Assembly: GCA_038046385.1 (NCBI GenBank)
Contig: JBBSWH010000001.1
Coordinates: forward strand, 39,382-103,381
Source: Nanobdellota archaeon
GTDB taxonomy: Archaea; Nanobdellota; Nanobdellia; Woesearchaeales; GW2011-AR4
DNA length: 64,000 bases
Direction: 5' to 3'
Below the pieces are notes generated by a model. That model was given only the letters and a program-made list of their open reading frames with translations. It was not told where the DNA came from and searched no databases. How positions within the stretch are numbered: position 1 is the first letter of the stretch; each line of letters starts with the position of its first letter. The position numbers and the translations under genes were made by a program. Shown one piece after another: positions 51,866 through 62,050 of this stretch.

Positions 51866-52222
51866 ATGCGCGGGTACAAGGTTCTAAACGGCAAGATAGT
51901 CATAGGATTAGAGGAAAAAGTCAGAGTACACCATTCTTTAGGAAACAAGACTGTGACTGCAAAGATAGACACGGGCGCTACAAAAAGCTCTATTGATACA
52001 AACCTTGCAGCTGAACTCAAGTTAGGCCCAGTTATAAAATCAAAACTCATTAAATCAGCGCACGGCTCAAAATTAAGGCCGATAATTGAAGCTACAATCG
52101 AGATGGCCGGCCAAAAGATAAAGTCAGAGTTTACTTTAGCTGATCGTGCGCATATGAAATATCGCATTCTTATCGGACAGAATATCCTAAAGGAAGGATT
52201 TTTGATTGACCCCTCACAATGA
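51866..52222 (+). CDS. RimK-associated retropepsin-like protease (DUF785/Zn_protease family)
   Basis: AKIDTGATKSSID...LADRAHMKYRILIGQNIL...FLIDP. Confidence 0.7.
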   Translation: MRGYKVLNGKIVIGLEEKVRVHHSLGNKTVTAKIDTGATKSSIDTNLAAELKLGPVIKSKLIKSAHGSKLRPIIEATIEMAGQKIKSEFTLADRAHMKYRILIGQNILKEGFLIDPSQ

Positions 52223-52325
52223 AAGCAATAATAAAAGTTGACATGATTTGTGCTCTCGAAGAGAGTACATTTTTGATGAAACTTTTTCGTAAAAAGTTTC
52301 CCGGTGTCAACGGACGGAACCGCTG

Positions 52326-53399
52326 ATGAAAGCAGCAGTAATGTCCTTGGGAAGCAAAAGCTCGATGTGGATAATCGAGGCAATGAAAAAATATTTTGAT
52401 TCTGTTGCGAACATTGATTTAAGGGATGTTGAAGTCAATCTTGGCTCAGGAAAGTTAAAGGCGCTTTATGAAGGCAAGGAAATTCCGCAGTACAGCTGCA
52501 TTTATGCAAGAGGCTCCTTTAGATATGCTCCGCTTTTAAGAGCCGTGACTAGAACGCTTTACAGAAATTCTTATATGCCGATAATGCCGGAAACATTCAC
52601 AATAGGCCATGACAAAATGCTTACTCATCTTGCGCTGCAGCATTTTAACATTCCGATGCCTGCTACGTATCTTGCATCCTCGACTAGAGCTGCGAAAAAA
52701 ATACTCAATGAGATGAATTATCCTGTTGTTTTGAAATTCCCTCATGGAACTCAGGGAAAGGGAGTAATGTTTGCAGAGAGCTATGCTGCAGCATCATCAA
52801 TGCTTGACGCTTTGTTTGTGCTAAAACAGCCCTTCTTGATACAGGAATATATTGAAACCGGCGGAGTTGATGTAAGAGCTCTTGTTGTGGGCAATGAAGT
52901 TGTTGCTTCCATGAAAAGAAAAGCAATAAGGGGGGAAATGAGGGCAAATATTCATGCAGGCGGAACCGGAGAATCTGTCAATCTTGACCAAAGAACAAAA
53001 AGAATTGCAATTGACACAGCAGCATCAATCGGAGCAGATATCTGCGCTGTGGATATCCTTGAAAGCGCTAAAGGGCCTTTGGTAATTGAAGCAAACCTAT
53101 CACCCGGACTGCAGGGCGTGACGAAAGCAACAGGGATAGATGTTGCCGACAAAATCGCAAAGTTTTTGTTTGAGAAATCCGAGATATTCTCTGCGCGCGA
53201 CAGGGATGAAGCCACAACTAAAATATTTGAAGACCTTGGGTTAAGCAACGAAATGGCGCAGCAGATAATTACCAACATGGATTTTAGGGGGAACAGAATT
53301 CTTTTGCCAAAGATTGTGACTGACATTTCCAAATTCACAGAAAGCGATGAAGTTGTCTTGAAAGTCGAGAAAGGGAAGTTTGTAGTTGAGAAGATTTGA
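52326..53399 (+). CDS. rimK: RimK-family ATP-grasp alpha-L-glutamate ligase with C-terminal extension
   Basis: VVLKFPHGTQGKGV, IQEYIE, DVRALVVG, ANIHAGG, CAVDILES..GPLVIEANLSPGLQG. Confidence 0.8.
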   Translation: MKAAVMSLGSKSSMWIIEAMKKYFDSVANIDLRDVEVNLGSGKLKALYEGKEIPQYSCIYARGSFRYAPLLRAVTRTLYRNSYMPIMPETFTIGHDKMLTHLALQHFNIPMPATYLASSTRAAKKILNEMNYPVVLKFPHGTQGKGVMFAESYAAASSMLDALFVLKQPFLIQEYIETGGVDVRALVVGNEVVASMKRKAIRGEMRANIHAGGTGESVNLDQRTKRIAIDTAASIGADICAVDILESAKGPLVIEANLSPGLQGVTKATGIDVADKIAKFLFEKSEIFSARDRDEATTKIFEDLGLSNEMAQQIITNMDFRGNRILLPKIVTDISKFTESDEVVLKVEKGKFVVEKI

Positions 53400-53403
53400 G
53401 AAA

Positions 53404-53739
53404 TCACTTGCTAATTTTTAGATTATTTCTATATTCTACAACTTGAGTATATATCTGTGAGTAAACTAATGTCATTAAAACTACCATTCCAATAAAACAA
53501 ACAAGTCCCCAATAAATTAAGTTTATACTATTATTTTTAATACCAAAAAATGAGAATAACATTGCAGATATACCTAATACTATTATAGCAAAAATAAAAA
53601 AAGCGAACTTATAGGATTGAGATGGAGAAACATCTCCACTTTCTATAGAGAATGGAAATAATGTAAATGATATACTAATAAATAATATTGTACCATTAAA
53701 AACAATCTCCCCTAGAGTTGCGTTTTTATTATCTACCAT
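53404..53739 (-). CDS. Membrane protein (3-4 TM)
   Basis: 111-aa ORF. Confidence 0.5.
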   Translation of the reverse strand: MVDNKNATLGEIVFNGTILFISISFTLFPFSIESGDVSPSQSYKFAFFIFAIIVLGISAMLFSFFGIKNNSINLIYWGLVCFIGMVVLMTLVYSQIYTQVVEYRNNLKISK

Positions 53740-54154
53740 CGAATCTCACATACTTTATTAGTTTAGTCTCTTTTGTAGGTTCTACAAGTTTACCATTATG
53801 GTACAATATAGTTTGAGCAATGTATCTTCCTTCTAAATCAGACCCGGAAACAAAATCCGATTGTCCAGAATCTAAATTAAACAAATAACCGTATAGGACA
53901 ACCTGCCTATTCTCATCTAAAATTGTGATATTAAGATTATAATCCCCTATATCATTTCTTTTTGAAAATAACTCTACATATGGTTTTTTGTCAGTTATAG
54001 TAAAAACGCTAGCAACTTTTGCTGAATCCCCTTCTCCAGATATCACTAAAGATAAAGTAGTACTATTTTTTACTGGAATGACTAACAGGGATGTTACAAC
54101 TAACAAGAATATAGCTAAAAAAATAAATTGTGATTGACCTTTTTTATTTAGCAT
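53729..54154 (-). CDS. Secreted or membrane-anchored hypothetical protein
   Basis: 141-aa ORF with N-terminal TM/signal. Confidence 0.5.
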   Translation of the reverse strand: MLNKKGQSQFIFLAIFLLVVTSLLVIPVKNSTTLSLVISGEGDSAKVASVFTITDKKPYVELFSKRNDIGDYNLNITILDENRQVVLYGYLFNLDSGQSDFVSGSDLEGRYIAQTILYHNGKLVEPTKETKLIKYVRFDGR

Positions 54155-54241
54155 CTCCGTCTCATAATCAAGATTATATTTAAACTTTCCTCTTCTTTTC
54201 AGTTACCTTTATAAATAAATTCTTAGTTAATTTCTTCTGAA

Positions 54242-55762
54242 ATGGACGAAAAGACAACAAGGAAGAGCATGAAGTATTCTGTCTATGACGGAGCTTCGTT
54301 TGCGGTGATGGAAGGCGCGACTTCTTCATTCATGACACCGTTTGCAGTTGCGTTGAACGCTTCTTTGAATTTAATAGCTGCAATGTCGTACATTCCGCAG
54401 CTGGCGGGCGCTTTTATGCAGCTGTTTGCTGCCAGAATAGTTGAAATTGTAAGAGACAGAAAGAAAATACTAGTTTACAGTTCTTTCATCCATGCATTAT
54501 TGTGGATTCCAATGCTTCTGATACCATATGCAACTCCTAATCAGAAATATTTGATTATAGTTTACATGGCTTTGCAGACAGTTGTTTCCAATTTAATGAA
54601 TCCTGTTGGAAACTCTTTCCTCGGAGATATTGTGCCAGTAAATGAACGGGGAAGATTTTTTGGGTTAAGGAACAAAGTAGTTGGATTGAGCACTTTCATT
54701 TCAGCAATAATTGCAGGATTAATCCTGAATCATTTTTCCCCTAAAAACCCAATAATTGGATTTACAATATTGTTTTCAGTTGCATTTGTTGCAAGAGCAT
54801 TATCAGGAGTTTTTAAGTTTGGAATGACAAGCCCAGAAACACAGTTTGCACATGAAGACAAATTTTCTCTTAAAGATTTTGTAAAAAGAATGAACAAGAC
54901 CAATTACGGGCATTTTGTAATCTATATGATGTTTTTCAAGTTTGCTGTAAACATAGCGTCTCCTTTTTTTGCAGTCTACATGCTGAAAGACCTTGGATTT
55001 ACTTATATCCAATTTACAATAGTCACTGCTGTTGAACTTATGGCCAGCTTTCTCACAATGGGAATGTGGGGAAAGATGATAGATGAAAAGGGAACAAAAT
55101 CTGTGTTGTATATCACTGGAATTTTAACTCCAATAGTTCCTTTTTTTTGGCTGTTTTCTGGTAACTTCTATTATATCATATTGATAGAGCTGTTTTCTGG
55201 AGTTGCATGGGCTGGCTTTAATTTAAGCACGTCAAATTTTATATTTGATGCAGTAAGGCCGGAAAACAGGGTGCGATGCATTACATATTTCAAGTTCTTT
55301 GAAGGCATTGCCTTATTCGCCGGAGCTGCTTTAGGCGGATTTCTAATAAGCCACATCCCGCATTGGATATTTTTGTCAAGCATACCTTTTGTTTTCCTCA
55401 TATCAGGAATTTTAAGGATAATCCCTGCAGTTACCATGATGCCGACACTGCACGAAGCACGCCTGATTGAACTGGACATCGGAGATTCTTTTTTCAAAAG
55501 ATTCGTCAGGGTAAAGCCAAGCGAAGGAATTGTGTTTGAGGTCATTGGAAGGTACAACAAGAATTATGTTCCTGAAAAGAAAAAAATGCAAACAAAACCT
55601 GTTGAAAAGAAACCGGAGAAAAAACCGGTTGATTACAATAAGAAACTTTTGAAGTTCATAGACAAGAGTATAACACCCAAAAGAGAAAAGCACGACCTTA
55701 CAAATGTACATGACATAGAACAGATTACAGAAGATATTGAGAAAGGGAAGCTGAAGAAATAA
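54242..55762 (+). CDS. MFS transporter with Lys/Glu-rich C-terminal tail
   Basis: 506 aa, about 12 TM, GRFFGLRN loop motif. Confidence 0.75.
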   Translation: MDEKTTRKSMKYSVYDGASFAVMEGATSSFMTPFAVALNASLNLIAAMSYIPQLAGAFMQLFAARIVEIVRDRKKILVYSSFIHALLWIPMLLIPYATPNQKYLIIVYMALQTVVSNLMNPVGNSFLGDIVPVNERGRFFGLRNKVVGLSTFISAIIAGLILNHFSPKNPIIGFTILFSVAFVARALSGVFKFGMTSPETQFAHEDKFSLKDFVKRMNKTNYGHFVIYMMFFKFAVNIASPFFAVYMLKDLGFTYIQFTIVTAVELMASFLTMGMWGKMIDEKGTKSVLYITGILTPIVPFFWLFSGNFYYIILIELFSGVAWAGFNLSTSNFIFDAVRPENRVRCITYFKFFEGIALFAGAALGGFLISHIPHWIFLSSIPFVFLISGILRIIPAVTMMPTLHEARLIELDIGDSFFKRFVRVKPSEGIVFEVIGRYNKNYVPEKKKMQTKPVEKKPEKKPVDYNKKLLKFIDKSITPKREKHDLTNVHDIEQITEDIEKGKLKK

Positions 55763-55773
55763 CTTCTTCGCTT

Positions 55774-55892
55774 AAGGTTAGCATCGGCTCAGGTTATCTG
55801 TTTTCTTATAATAGTTGACATCCCCGTAAGGGACTTCCCCCTGTCAACTTATCTGAGTTAATGAAATACCTTCGCAAATTGATGCTAACCTT
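55774..55892. repeat. Clamped intergenic element, copy D (12-bp terminal inverted repeat)
   Basis: aaggttagcatc/gatgctaacctt; inner stem gttgaca (55814-20)/tgtcaac (55842-48) around tccccgtaagggacttccccc. Confidence 0.75.
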
Positions 55893-55936
55893 CATAAAAT
55901 CTTTTCAGACCAAAAAGTATTTATTGTCCCTTTCAA

Positions 55937-56284
55937 ATGGATACTGTTATGGGAGTATCACCATTATACACATGCACACGCTGCAAACGTGAATTTAATT
56001 TTGACCATATCAAGTACGATGAAGAAAAGAAGCTGATATGCGTTGAGTGCCTTGAGAAGCAGCAGAAGATAATGAAGAAGAAAATTGCTTCTGAAAGGCC
56101 TGATGATAATGCGCCGGTCAATTATATATGTATGACATGTAGGTTTAAGTTCGTTGTTAAGAAAGGCTCTCCAAAAGCGCTGAAGTGCCCGTACTGCAGC
56201 AAGACAAAGCTGATGATTGTAAAGAAATACAAGGACGAGAACGATTTAATCAATGATGCGATGAACCCAAGGTTTGATTATTGA
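55937..56284 (+). CDS. Double zinc-ribbon protein
   Basis: CTRC...CVEC and CMTC...CPYC. Confidence 0.55.
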   Translation: MDTVMGVSPLYTCTRCKREFNFDHIKYDEEKKLICVECLEKQQKIMKKKIASERPDDNAPVNYICMTCRFKFVVKKGSPKALKCPYCSKTKLMIVKKYKDENDLINDAMNPRFDY

Positions 56285-56292
56285 AAGATTAA

Positions 56293-56736
56293 TCACTTCC
56301 AAGTTCCTTTTCCGTCTTCATTAATAACTTTCTTAAGTCTGCTAAACCCACGATGTATCATATCCACAAGGGTTTCTGAAGAGGCACCAATCGGCTTTGT
56401 CTTAATTGAAGCGAAGAAATTACCAGTTGCTTTTGGGTCAATTGGAATTCCTGAATCAGCTCTTACTATTGTTCCGTTGACAGTTATCCCTTCACCTGGT
56501 TGTACTCTGGCAAGTCCTCCTTGAGGGTATATGTTATAGCGATGTACTAAAACCCCTTCCTCTTTAATTGTGTCTATATATTGCGGGCAGTCTGGATAAT
56601 TTTCCATTATTACATCTAAAACCCTTTTGCCGGAACCAGAATATCTTCTAACCAGAGTCAACTGCGCATCATCGAGCCATAATCCTGGCGGAAGTGTTAC
56701 ATCTCCTATTTGAGTTGGATATCCTGGCGGACTCAT
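56293..56736 (-). CDS. Hypothetical protein
   Basis: 147-aa ORF; Pro/Gly-rich, Lys-poor N-terminal half. Confidence 0.5.
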   Translation of the reverse strand: MSPPGYPTQIGDVTLPPGLWLDDAQLTLVRRYSGSGKRVLDVIMENYPDCPQYIDTIKEEGVLVHRYNIYPQGGLARVQPGEGITVNGTIVRADSGIPIDPKATGNFFASIKTKPIGASSETLVDMIHRGFSRLKKVINEDGKGTWK

Positions 56737-56960
56737 AGTGGCTAGTATACTTAGGCTTTATTTAAATCTTTCTATTTTTTATCACTCTCTAATGGTACTA
56801 AATAGATTACTGATAAACAACTTTGCCCCATTTTAATTTTTCTATATTAAAAATTGAAAAATTTTTAATCCCGAAAATTTAGAAATTAAATTTTCGATAT
56901 GGAAAATAATTAACTTTTTACTTATATGTGCTTCCTATACCAGTATACAAATTAGTAACA

Positions 56961-56968
56961 TTTATATA
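56961..56968 (+). promoter_or_regulatory. TATA-box candidate for ftsZ
   Basis: aacatttatatac; SD tgaggtga at 57036-57043. Confidence 0.35.
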
Positions 56969-57051
56969 CTAGTTACTATAAAGCATTAGTTGGTTTTTGA
57001 TATTTTGAATATAAAAATAGCTAAAAAAATCTAAGTTTGAGGTGAATTAGA

Positions 57052-58131
57052 ATGGGAATGGATTTTGTAATCGAGAGCGCACTTAAGCAGGGAGTGCAAC
57101 AGCATGAGGACTTGCAGATAGGTCATGCTAACATCAAAGTTATTGGCTGCGGTGGCGGCGGAAGCAACATGGTCAGCTGGCTTTATAAAAAAGGAGTCAG
57201 AGGAGCAGAAATTATTGCTTGCAACACAGACAAGCAGCACCTCGAAATCACAGAAGCTGACAAAAGATTCCTAATCGGAAGAGAGCTTACAAGAGGGCTT
57301 GGATGCGGCGGATTCCCAGACAAGGGAGCCAAGGCAGCACAGGAGACAATCTCAGAGATTAAAGAAGTTTTAAAAGGATCTGATATGGTTTTCGTATGTG
57401 CAGGAATGGGCGGAGGAACAGGAACAGGATCAGCTCCAGTTGTTGCGCAGGTTGCAAAGGATGCAGGAGCAATTGTAATCGGAACAGTCACAATGCCATT
57501 CAAGATTGAAAGGGCAAGAATCGACAAAGCCGAATTCGGACTTCAGCAGCTAAGGCAGAACAGCGACACTGTTATCGTAATTGATAACAACAGGCTGGTA
57601 AACATTGCTGGAAACTTGCCAGTTCAACAGGCATTTGCTGTAGCAAACGAGTTAATCTCAACAATGATCAGGGGAATTGTAGAAACAATCGCAGTCCCAT
57701 CACTGGTTAACTTGGATTATGCTGACGTTAAAGCAATAATGCAGGACGGCGGAGTCGCAGCAATCGGTGTTGGTGTCTCAGACACAACAAACAGAGTAGA
57801 GGAAGCTGTCAAAGGAGCTTTATCAAACCCACTATTGGAGATAAGCTACAAGGGAGCAACCGGTGCTTTGATTCACATCGAAGGCGGACCAGACATGACA
57901 CTTGATGAAGTCAACAGAGTTGGAGAGCTTGTAACAGAATCGCTTGACACAGATGCAAACGTTATCTGGGGAGCAAGGGTTTCGGAAGCAATGAAAGGCA
58001 AGGTGGCTGTCATGACAATTATCACCGGCGTTAACTCACCGTGGATACTTGGAAAGTCAGACAAGAAAACAAGAAACGTTGAAGCCAGAAAGATTTCAGA
58101 CGAGCTTGGAATTGACTACTTCACAGATTAA
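57052..58131 (+). CDS. ftsZ: Cell division protein FtsZ
   Basis: [27 protein letters not shown] tubulin signature. Confidence 0.9.
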   Translation: MGMDFVIESALKQGVQQHEDLQIGHANIKVIGCGGGGSNMVSWLYKKGVRGAEIIACNTDKQHLEITEADKRFLIGRELTRGLGCGGFPDKGAKAAQETISEIKEVLKGSDMVFVCAGMGGGTGTGSAPVVAQVAKDAGAIVIGTVTMPFKIERARIDKAEFGLQQLRQNSDTVIVIDNNRLVNIAGNLPVQQAFAVANELISTMIRGIVETIAVPSLVNLDYADVKAIMQDGGVAAIGVGVSDTTNRVEEAVKGALSNPLLEISYKGATGALIHIEGGPDMTLDEVNRVGELVTESLDTDANVIWGARVSEAMKGKVAVMTIITGVNSPWILGKSDKKTRNVEARKISDELGIDYFTD

Positions 58132-58191
58132 ATCTGTGAATTTTTATTTTATTTTTTAATTTTAATTATTATTTAATGGAAGGTGATAACT

Positions 58192-58944
58192 ATGTCAGTA
58201 GATGAAAATCAGATTGTAAAGAAAATGGTTGCAGATATTGCGGACAAGAACGAAAAGTTCATGTCAAAATCAAATGATCTTGAAAATTTTAAAAGAATCG
58301 TGCCGGTTCTTCTTGAGAAGGGAATAGACAATGTTAACCTTTCAATGTTTGATGATGTTACACGCTCAAAACTATTAAATGCGCTTGGAGAAGAGTACAT
58401 CAGAAGAGGAAACATGAATGACTCTGTCAAGGCTTTTATTCTTGCAGGAAATCGTGCAAGGCTTGTTGAAGTTGGAGAGCATTATGAAGAAGTTGGTTTG
58501 TTCGGGAATGCAATCGACACATACAGGCTTGCTGATGACATCGGAAAACTGCTTATAATCGGAAAGAAATGCCTTGAAAACGGCCACTTTGCAGATGCAA
58601 TCAAAGCATTCAGGCTTTGCAACGATGTTGAAAACCTGACGAAGGTTGGCGACGAGTGCTTCCAGAAGGGAAAATGGGATTATGCAATTGAAATATTCAA
58701 CGCAATCAACAGCACCGCTAAATTAATCGATATAGGGGACAAATGCCTAAAAGAAAGGCAGATTGGATATGCTTCAAAGGCATACGAGCTTTCGCACGAC
58801 AAGGACAAATTGAGTGCGCTTGGAGATGTCTGCCTAAGGGAAGGGCTATTGGCAACTGCGCTGAAATCATATCAGATTGCAGGCAATGAGATGATGGTCA
58901 CCTTCATAAGGGAGAACTTCGGCAACAAGCTGTCGAATTTTTAA
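58192..58944 (+). CDS. Helical-repeat protein (six ~29-residue repeats) downstream of ftsZ
   Basis: Repeat L..(V/I)G(D/E).C(L/F)..G....A(I/L).(A/S)(F/Y)........; start set at ATG 58192 after SD aaggtga. Confidence 0.6.
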   Translation: MSVDENQIVKKMVADIADKNEKFMSKSNDLENFKRIVPVLLEKGIDNVNLSMFDDVTRSKLLNALGEEYIRRGNMNDSVKAFILAGNRARLVEVGEHYEEVGLFGNAIDTYRLADDIGKLLIIGKKCLENGHFADAIKAFRLCNDVENLTKVGDECFQKGKWDYAIEIFNAINSTAKLIDIGDKCLKERQIGYASKAYELSHDKDKLSALGDVCLREGLLATALKSYQIAGNEMMVTFIRENFGNKLSNF

Positions 58945-59005
58945 TATTTTTTTAAATTTTATTCATTCAACGATAGAGTAAGGAATATACGAAGAGGTCA
59001 TAAAC

Positions 59006-59419
59006 ATGGAAACCGATGCATTCAGCCAGAAAAGAATGGAATTAATGATTGACATGGCTACCAAGAAGCTCCAGCAGGAGATTAATTCTTTGAAAGAGCA
59101 CATTGGGTCGTTGAACAGCGAAATGGGCTCATTGAAAAGTCAGGTTTCAAGAATTCAGTTCCAGCCTCAAAAAGCACAAGTTCAAAGGCAGGAAGTTTCA
59201 CAGGAAGCGCCATCACAGGAAGATTATGAACAGCAACAGCCAAGCCAGGAAAAAAGAGAAACAAAAATTGTAGACTGCAGGCCCCATGGTGAAAGAACAG
59301 AATCTTTCCAGGGCGGATCTGCAAAAAATTCAGCAGAGCCGATAAGGCCGAGGTTCGGAGACTATCAATCCAAGGATGTCAGCATAGAGAAATTCTTTTA
59401 CTTTGGGAATAAGAGATAA
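59006..59419 (+). CDS. Coiled-coil plus Gln-rich hypothetical protein
   Basis: 137-aa ORF; LQQEINSLKEHIGSLNSEMGSLKSQV. Confidence 0.5.
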   Translation: METDAFSQKRMELMIDMATKKLQQEINSLKEHIGSLNSEMGSLKSQVSRIQFQPQKAQVQRQEVSQEAPSQEDYEQQQPSQEKRETKIVDCRPHGERTESFQGGSAKNSAEPIRPRFGDYQSKDVSIEKFFYFGNKR

Positions 59420-59476
59420 AATTTTTATTTTTTAGTGTTTTTATTTAGATTAAATCTCTATTTACTATTCTCATTT

Positions 59477-59758
59477 TTAATCCACCATAAACAATTTATT
59501 GTCAGTCACGTCAAAATAGCCCAGTCTTGCGCCTGCATCGAGAAAAGCATGAGCGTAGCATACTGCTCCGTAAGCATTCACAATGTCACCTTTCTTCTCA
59601 AAATGCTTCGCATCATCATAATAGCATTTAGATAAATTAAGAAGGTCTTCTGCAGCTTTCTTTTCTGCTGCGTTTAATGTGCCTTTTATCTTGGCTTTTT
59701 CCATTGCCTCTGCTGTCAGCTTAAAGTACTTTGAAAGCTTAGATTTCAATTCTTCCAT
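59477..59758 (-). CDS. DUF357-family protein
   Basis: ..CYYDDAKHFEKKGDIVNAYGAVCYAHAFLDAGARLG.. Confidence 0.65.
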   Translation of the reverse strand: MEELKSKLSKYFKLTAEAMEKAKIKGTLNAAEKKAAEDLLNLSKCYYDDAKHFEKKGDIVNAYGAVCYAHAFLDAGARLGYFDVTDNKLFMVD

Positions 59759-59836
59759 AGCCTATGGGTAAGCCTATCTCATTTAAAAAGATAATGAAAA
59801 AAAAGAATAATAAATTAAAAAAATAAAAGAAAAAGC

Positions 59837-60613
59837 TTACTTTAGATAAGCCCTTAATTCCTTTGCCTTCTCAATTCCAATGTCAAGCATCTTGCTGATT
59901 TCATCCTGTGTAAGAGGCTGATCTCCGCCTTTCTGCAGTGCGCAAAGCGTTCCGTCTTCCATGGAAGAAACAGTCAGTCTTGCGTCAATGACCTTCTCTT
60001 CTTCAGTGTCTGGATCAACAATGAAATTGTTGCCTATCTTGATAACGGTTACTGCAATCGGTACCTTTTCAAGCTGCATCTGCTTGTCGGTCTTTTTCTT
60101 GTAATCTACCTTTTCCCCATTGTAAGCAGGGAACTTTGTATTTTTCAAGGCCGCAATTGCTCCTAAGGACGCAGCATCAAATAAATTACCTGCATCGTTT
60201 ATTGGGCAGATATCTATAATGACCATCCATATACTTTTGCCTTTTTCTATGCACAGCTTCTTGAAATCAAGGGCTTTACTCTCTCTGATTCCACGGTCAA
60301 CAACTCTTGCGAGTTCTATTGCTTTTATTCCAGGGGGACCAAGCTCATAGTCTGGGCTCGACATAGGCAGCAATTCTGCTCCTACTATAATAGTGCCTTC
60401 ATCTGGCGAGTCAGGGTATGGCTCTCCAATCTCTAATTTGACACCGACCATAATCTCTGTTTCTCCAATTTTGACTCTTGCAGAGCCTTCGGCTGTCTTT
60501 ATGACTCCGTACTCTACTGAAATAGGGCCTCTGTATTCTGTTGGCTTTCTTCCGTCAAGCCTTGTCTGATTATTCAGCAAGGTTACAATGTGGGTTCTTA
60601 ATTCTTTGAACAT
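59837..60613 (-). CDS. rrp42: Exosome complex component Rrp42
   Basis: RLDGRKPTEYR..., RNase PH fold; position in the superoperon. Confidence 0.85.
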   Translation of the reverse strand: MFKELRTHIVTLLNNQTRLDGRKPTEYRGPISVEYGVIKTAEGSARVKIGETEIMVGVKLEIGEPYPDSPDEGTIIVGAELLPMSSPDYELGPPGIKAIELARVVDRGIRESKALDFKKLCIEKGKSIWMVIIDICPINDAGNLFDAASLGAIAALKNTKFPAYNGEKVDYKKKTDKQMQLEKVPIAVTVIKIGNNFIVDPDTEEEKVIDARLTVSSMEDGTLCALQKGGDQPLTQDEISKMLDIGIEKAKELRAYLK

Positions 60614-60615
60614 TT

Positions 60616-61323
60616 TTACTCAACCTCGTGATATTTTTCCTTAAGCGCCTTTTTTTGCACTTCATAAATTTCCATGCAGGCCTTCTTTGCCATCTCAAGC
60701 GCTTCTGTCAATTGTTCTTTGCTTACTTCTCCGTCCATCTGCAGCAAGGTTATCTTGCCAGAGCCGGTCATCATTGCAACTGGTATGTCAGCCACTGGGC
60801 CATCTGGATAGCTTTCTTCAGAGTAATCAAGGTCAACAACCATTTTGTCATCGACTCTTCCTACAGATACTGCTGAAACAAGGTCTCTCATATCGAGGCC
60901 TGCATCGGCTAATGCCATTGATGCTGCGCAAATTCCTGCGCATCTTGAGCCTGCTTCTGTTTCCGGCAGTTCAATAAAAACATCAACCACGGAGTTTGGA
61001 TAATCTTCTAAGTTAAGAACCGGCAATAGTGCTTTTTCTGTAACTAATGAGATTTCTTTTGACCTTCTTGATCCTCCTGGCCTTACTCTCTCGCCTGAGC
61101 TTGAGAATGGCATCATGTTGTAATTGCATCTTAAGATTCCAGTCTGCGGATCCTGCATGAATTTTGGGTGCAGATTTCTTGGACCGTACACTGCTGCGTA
61201 AGCCATTGTGTTCCCTATCCTGAACATTGCAGAGCCGTCTGCTCTTTTGATGACTCCTACTTTTGCTTCAATAGGCCTTGTTTCGTCAAAGCCCCTGTTG
61301 TCTATTCTTTGTTTGTAACTCAT
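60616..61323 (-). CDS. rrp41: Exosome complex exonuclease Rrp41
   Basis: R.DNRGFDETRPI...DGSA.F..GNT. Confidence 0.85.
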   Translation of the reverse strand: MSYKQRIDNRGFDETRPIEAKVGVIKRADGSAMFRIGNTMAYAAVYGPRNLHPKFMQDPQTGILRCNYNMMPFSSSGERVRPGGSRRSKEISLVTEKALLPVLNLEDYPNSVVDVFIELPETEAGSRCAGICAASMALADAGLDMRDLVSAVSVGRVDDKMVVDLDYSEESYPDGPVADIPVAMMTGSGKITLLQMDGEVSKEQLTEALEMAKKACMEIYEVQKKALKEKYHEVE

Positions 61324-61324
61324 T

Positions 61325-62017
61325 TTAATTCACCTGTTGACTAGTCTCAAGGAAAGCCTTTATTTTTTCAGTTAATCCACTGAGATGGCTTTCTTTCTCT
61401 ATCTTTCTTATTGCGTTGATTGCCCTCATCTCATTGACAGGGGATCCTTCAATCCACACAAGACCGTTCTGGCCGACTGTGATGTTGCACTGTGTTGCTT
61501 CTTTTATCATCATGACCATTGAGCCCTGCTTGCCGATTATTCTCGGAACCTTGTGCGTGCTGACTTCAATTATCCTTCCGCCCTTCAATTTTCTCAATCC
61601 GGGGCCTTTCATTGTAACGTCTATAAGCTTCTGGCTTGTGACATTTGCAATCTTGCAGACAATATGCTCCCCAAGGTCGTAATACTGCGTAAGGTTTGCG
61701 CCTCTTGCAATAAAATCTGAAGTTGCGTCCTTCATTGACAGCATTGCAGAGTATGCGGAGTTTGTGTCTATTCTCCATCCATTGAATCCAACGTCAATCA
61801 CTTTGCATATAATGGTGTCTCCTATCTTTGGCATGTACCTTCCTGACATCGGGATCAATTTTATTGTCCTTCCATCCAGCATAACAAGGCCTAACCTGCC
61901 TGCCATTATGCTATCTCCTTCCCTGTATGTTCCCATACCTGGGAGTATATCCATTCCTGTTCCAAGAATTTCTCCCGGAACTGCTATATCTTTTTCATTA
62001 ACTGTTATTCCTGACAT
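61325..62017 (-). CDS. rrp4: Exosome complex RNA-binding protein Rrp4 (S1 plus KH)
   Basis: PGE.LG..., S1-like GDTIICKVIDV, KH GKQGSMVMMIKE. Confidence 0.85.
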   Translation of the reverse strand: MSGITVNEKDIAVPGEILGTGMDILPGMGTYREGDSIMAGRLGLVMLDGRTIKLIPMSGRYMPKIGDTIICKVIDVGFNGWRIDTNSAYSAMLSMKDATSDFIARGANLTQYYDLGEHIVCKIANVTSQKLIDVTMKGPGLRKLKGGRIIEVSTHKVPRIIGKQGSMVMMIKEATQCNITVGQNGLVWIEGSPVNEMRAINAIRKIEKESHLSGLTEKIKAFLETSQQVN

Positions 62018-62050
62018 TTTTTGTCCTCCTATTTTATTTTTTAATTTTAT

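Noticed and set aside
51823-52383. 186-aa minus-strand ORF
   Set aside because: Antisense to the DUF785 protease gene, which has a clear DTGA motif and the conserved RimK partnership.
56760-57050. AT-rich 290-bp region upstream of ftsZ as a replication origin
   Set aside because: No orc1/cdc6 gene or ORB-like repeated boxes nearby. It contains a TATA-like box and SD consistent with an ordinary promoter and leader.
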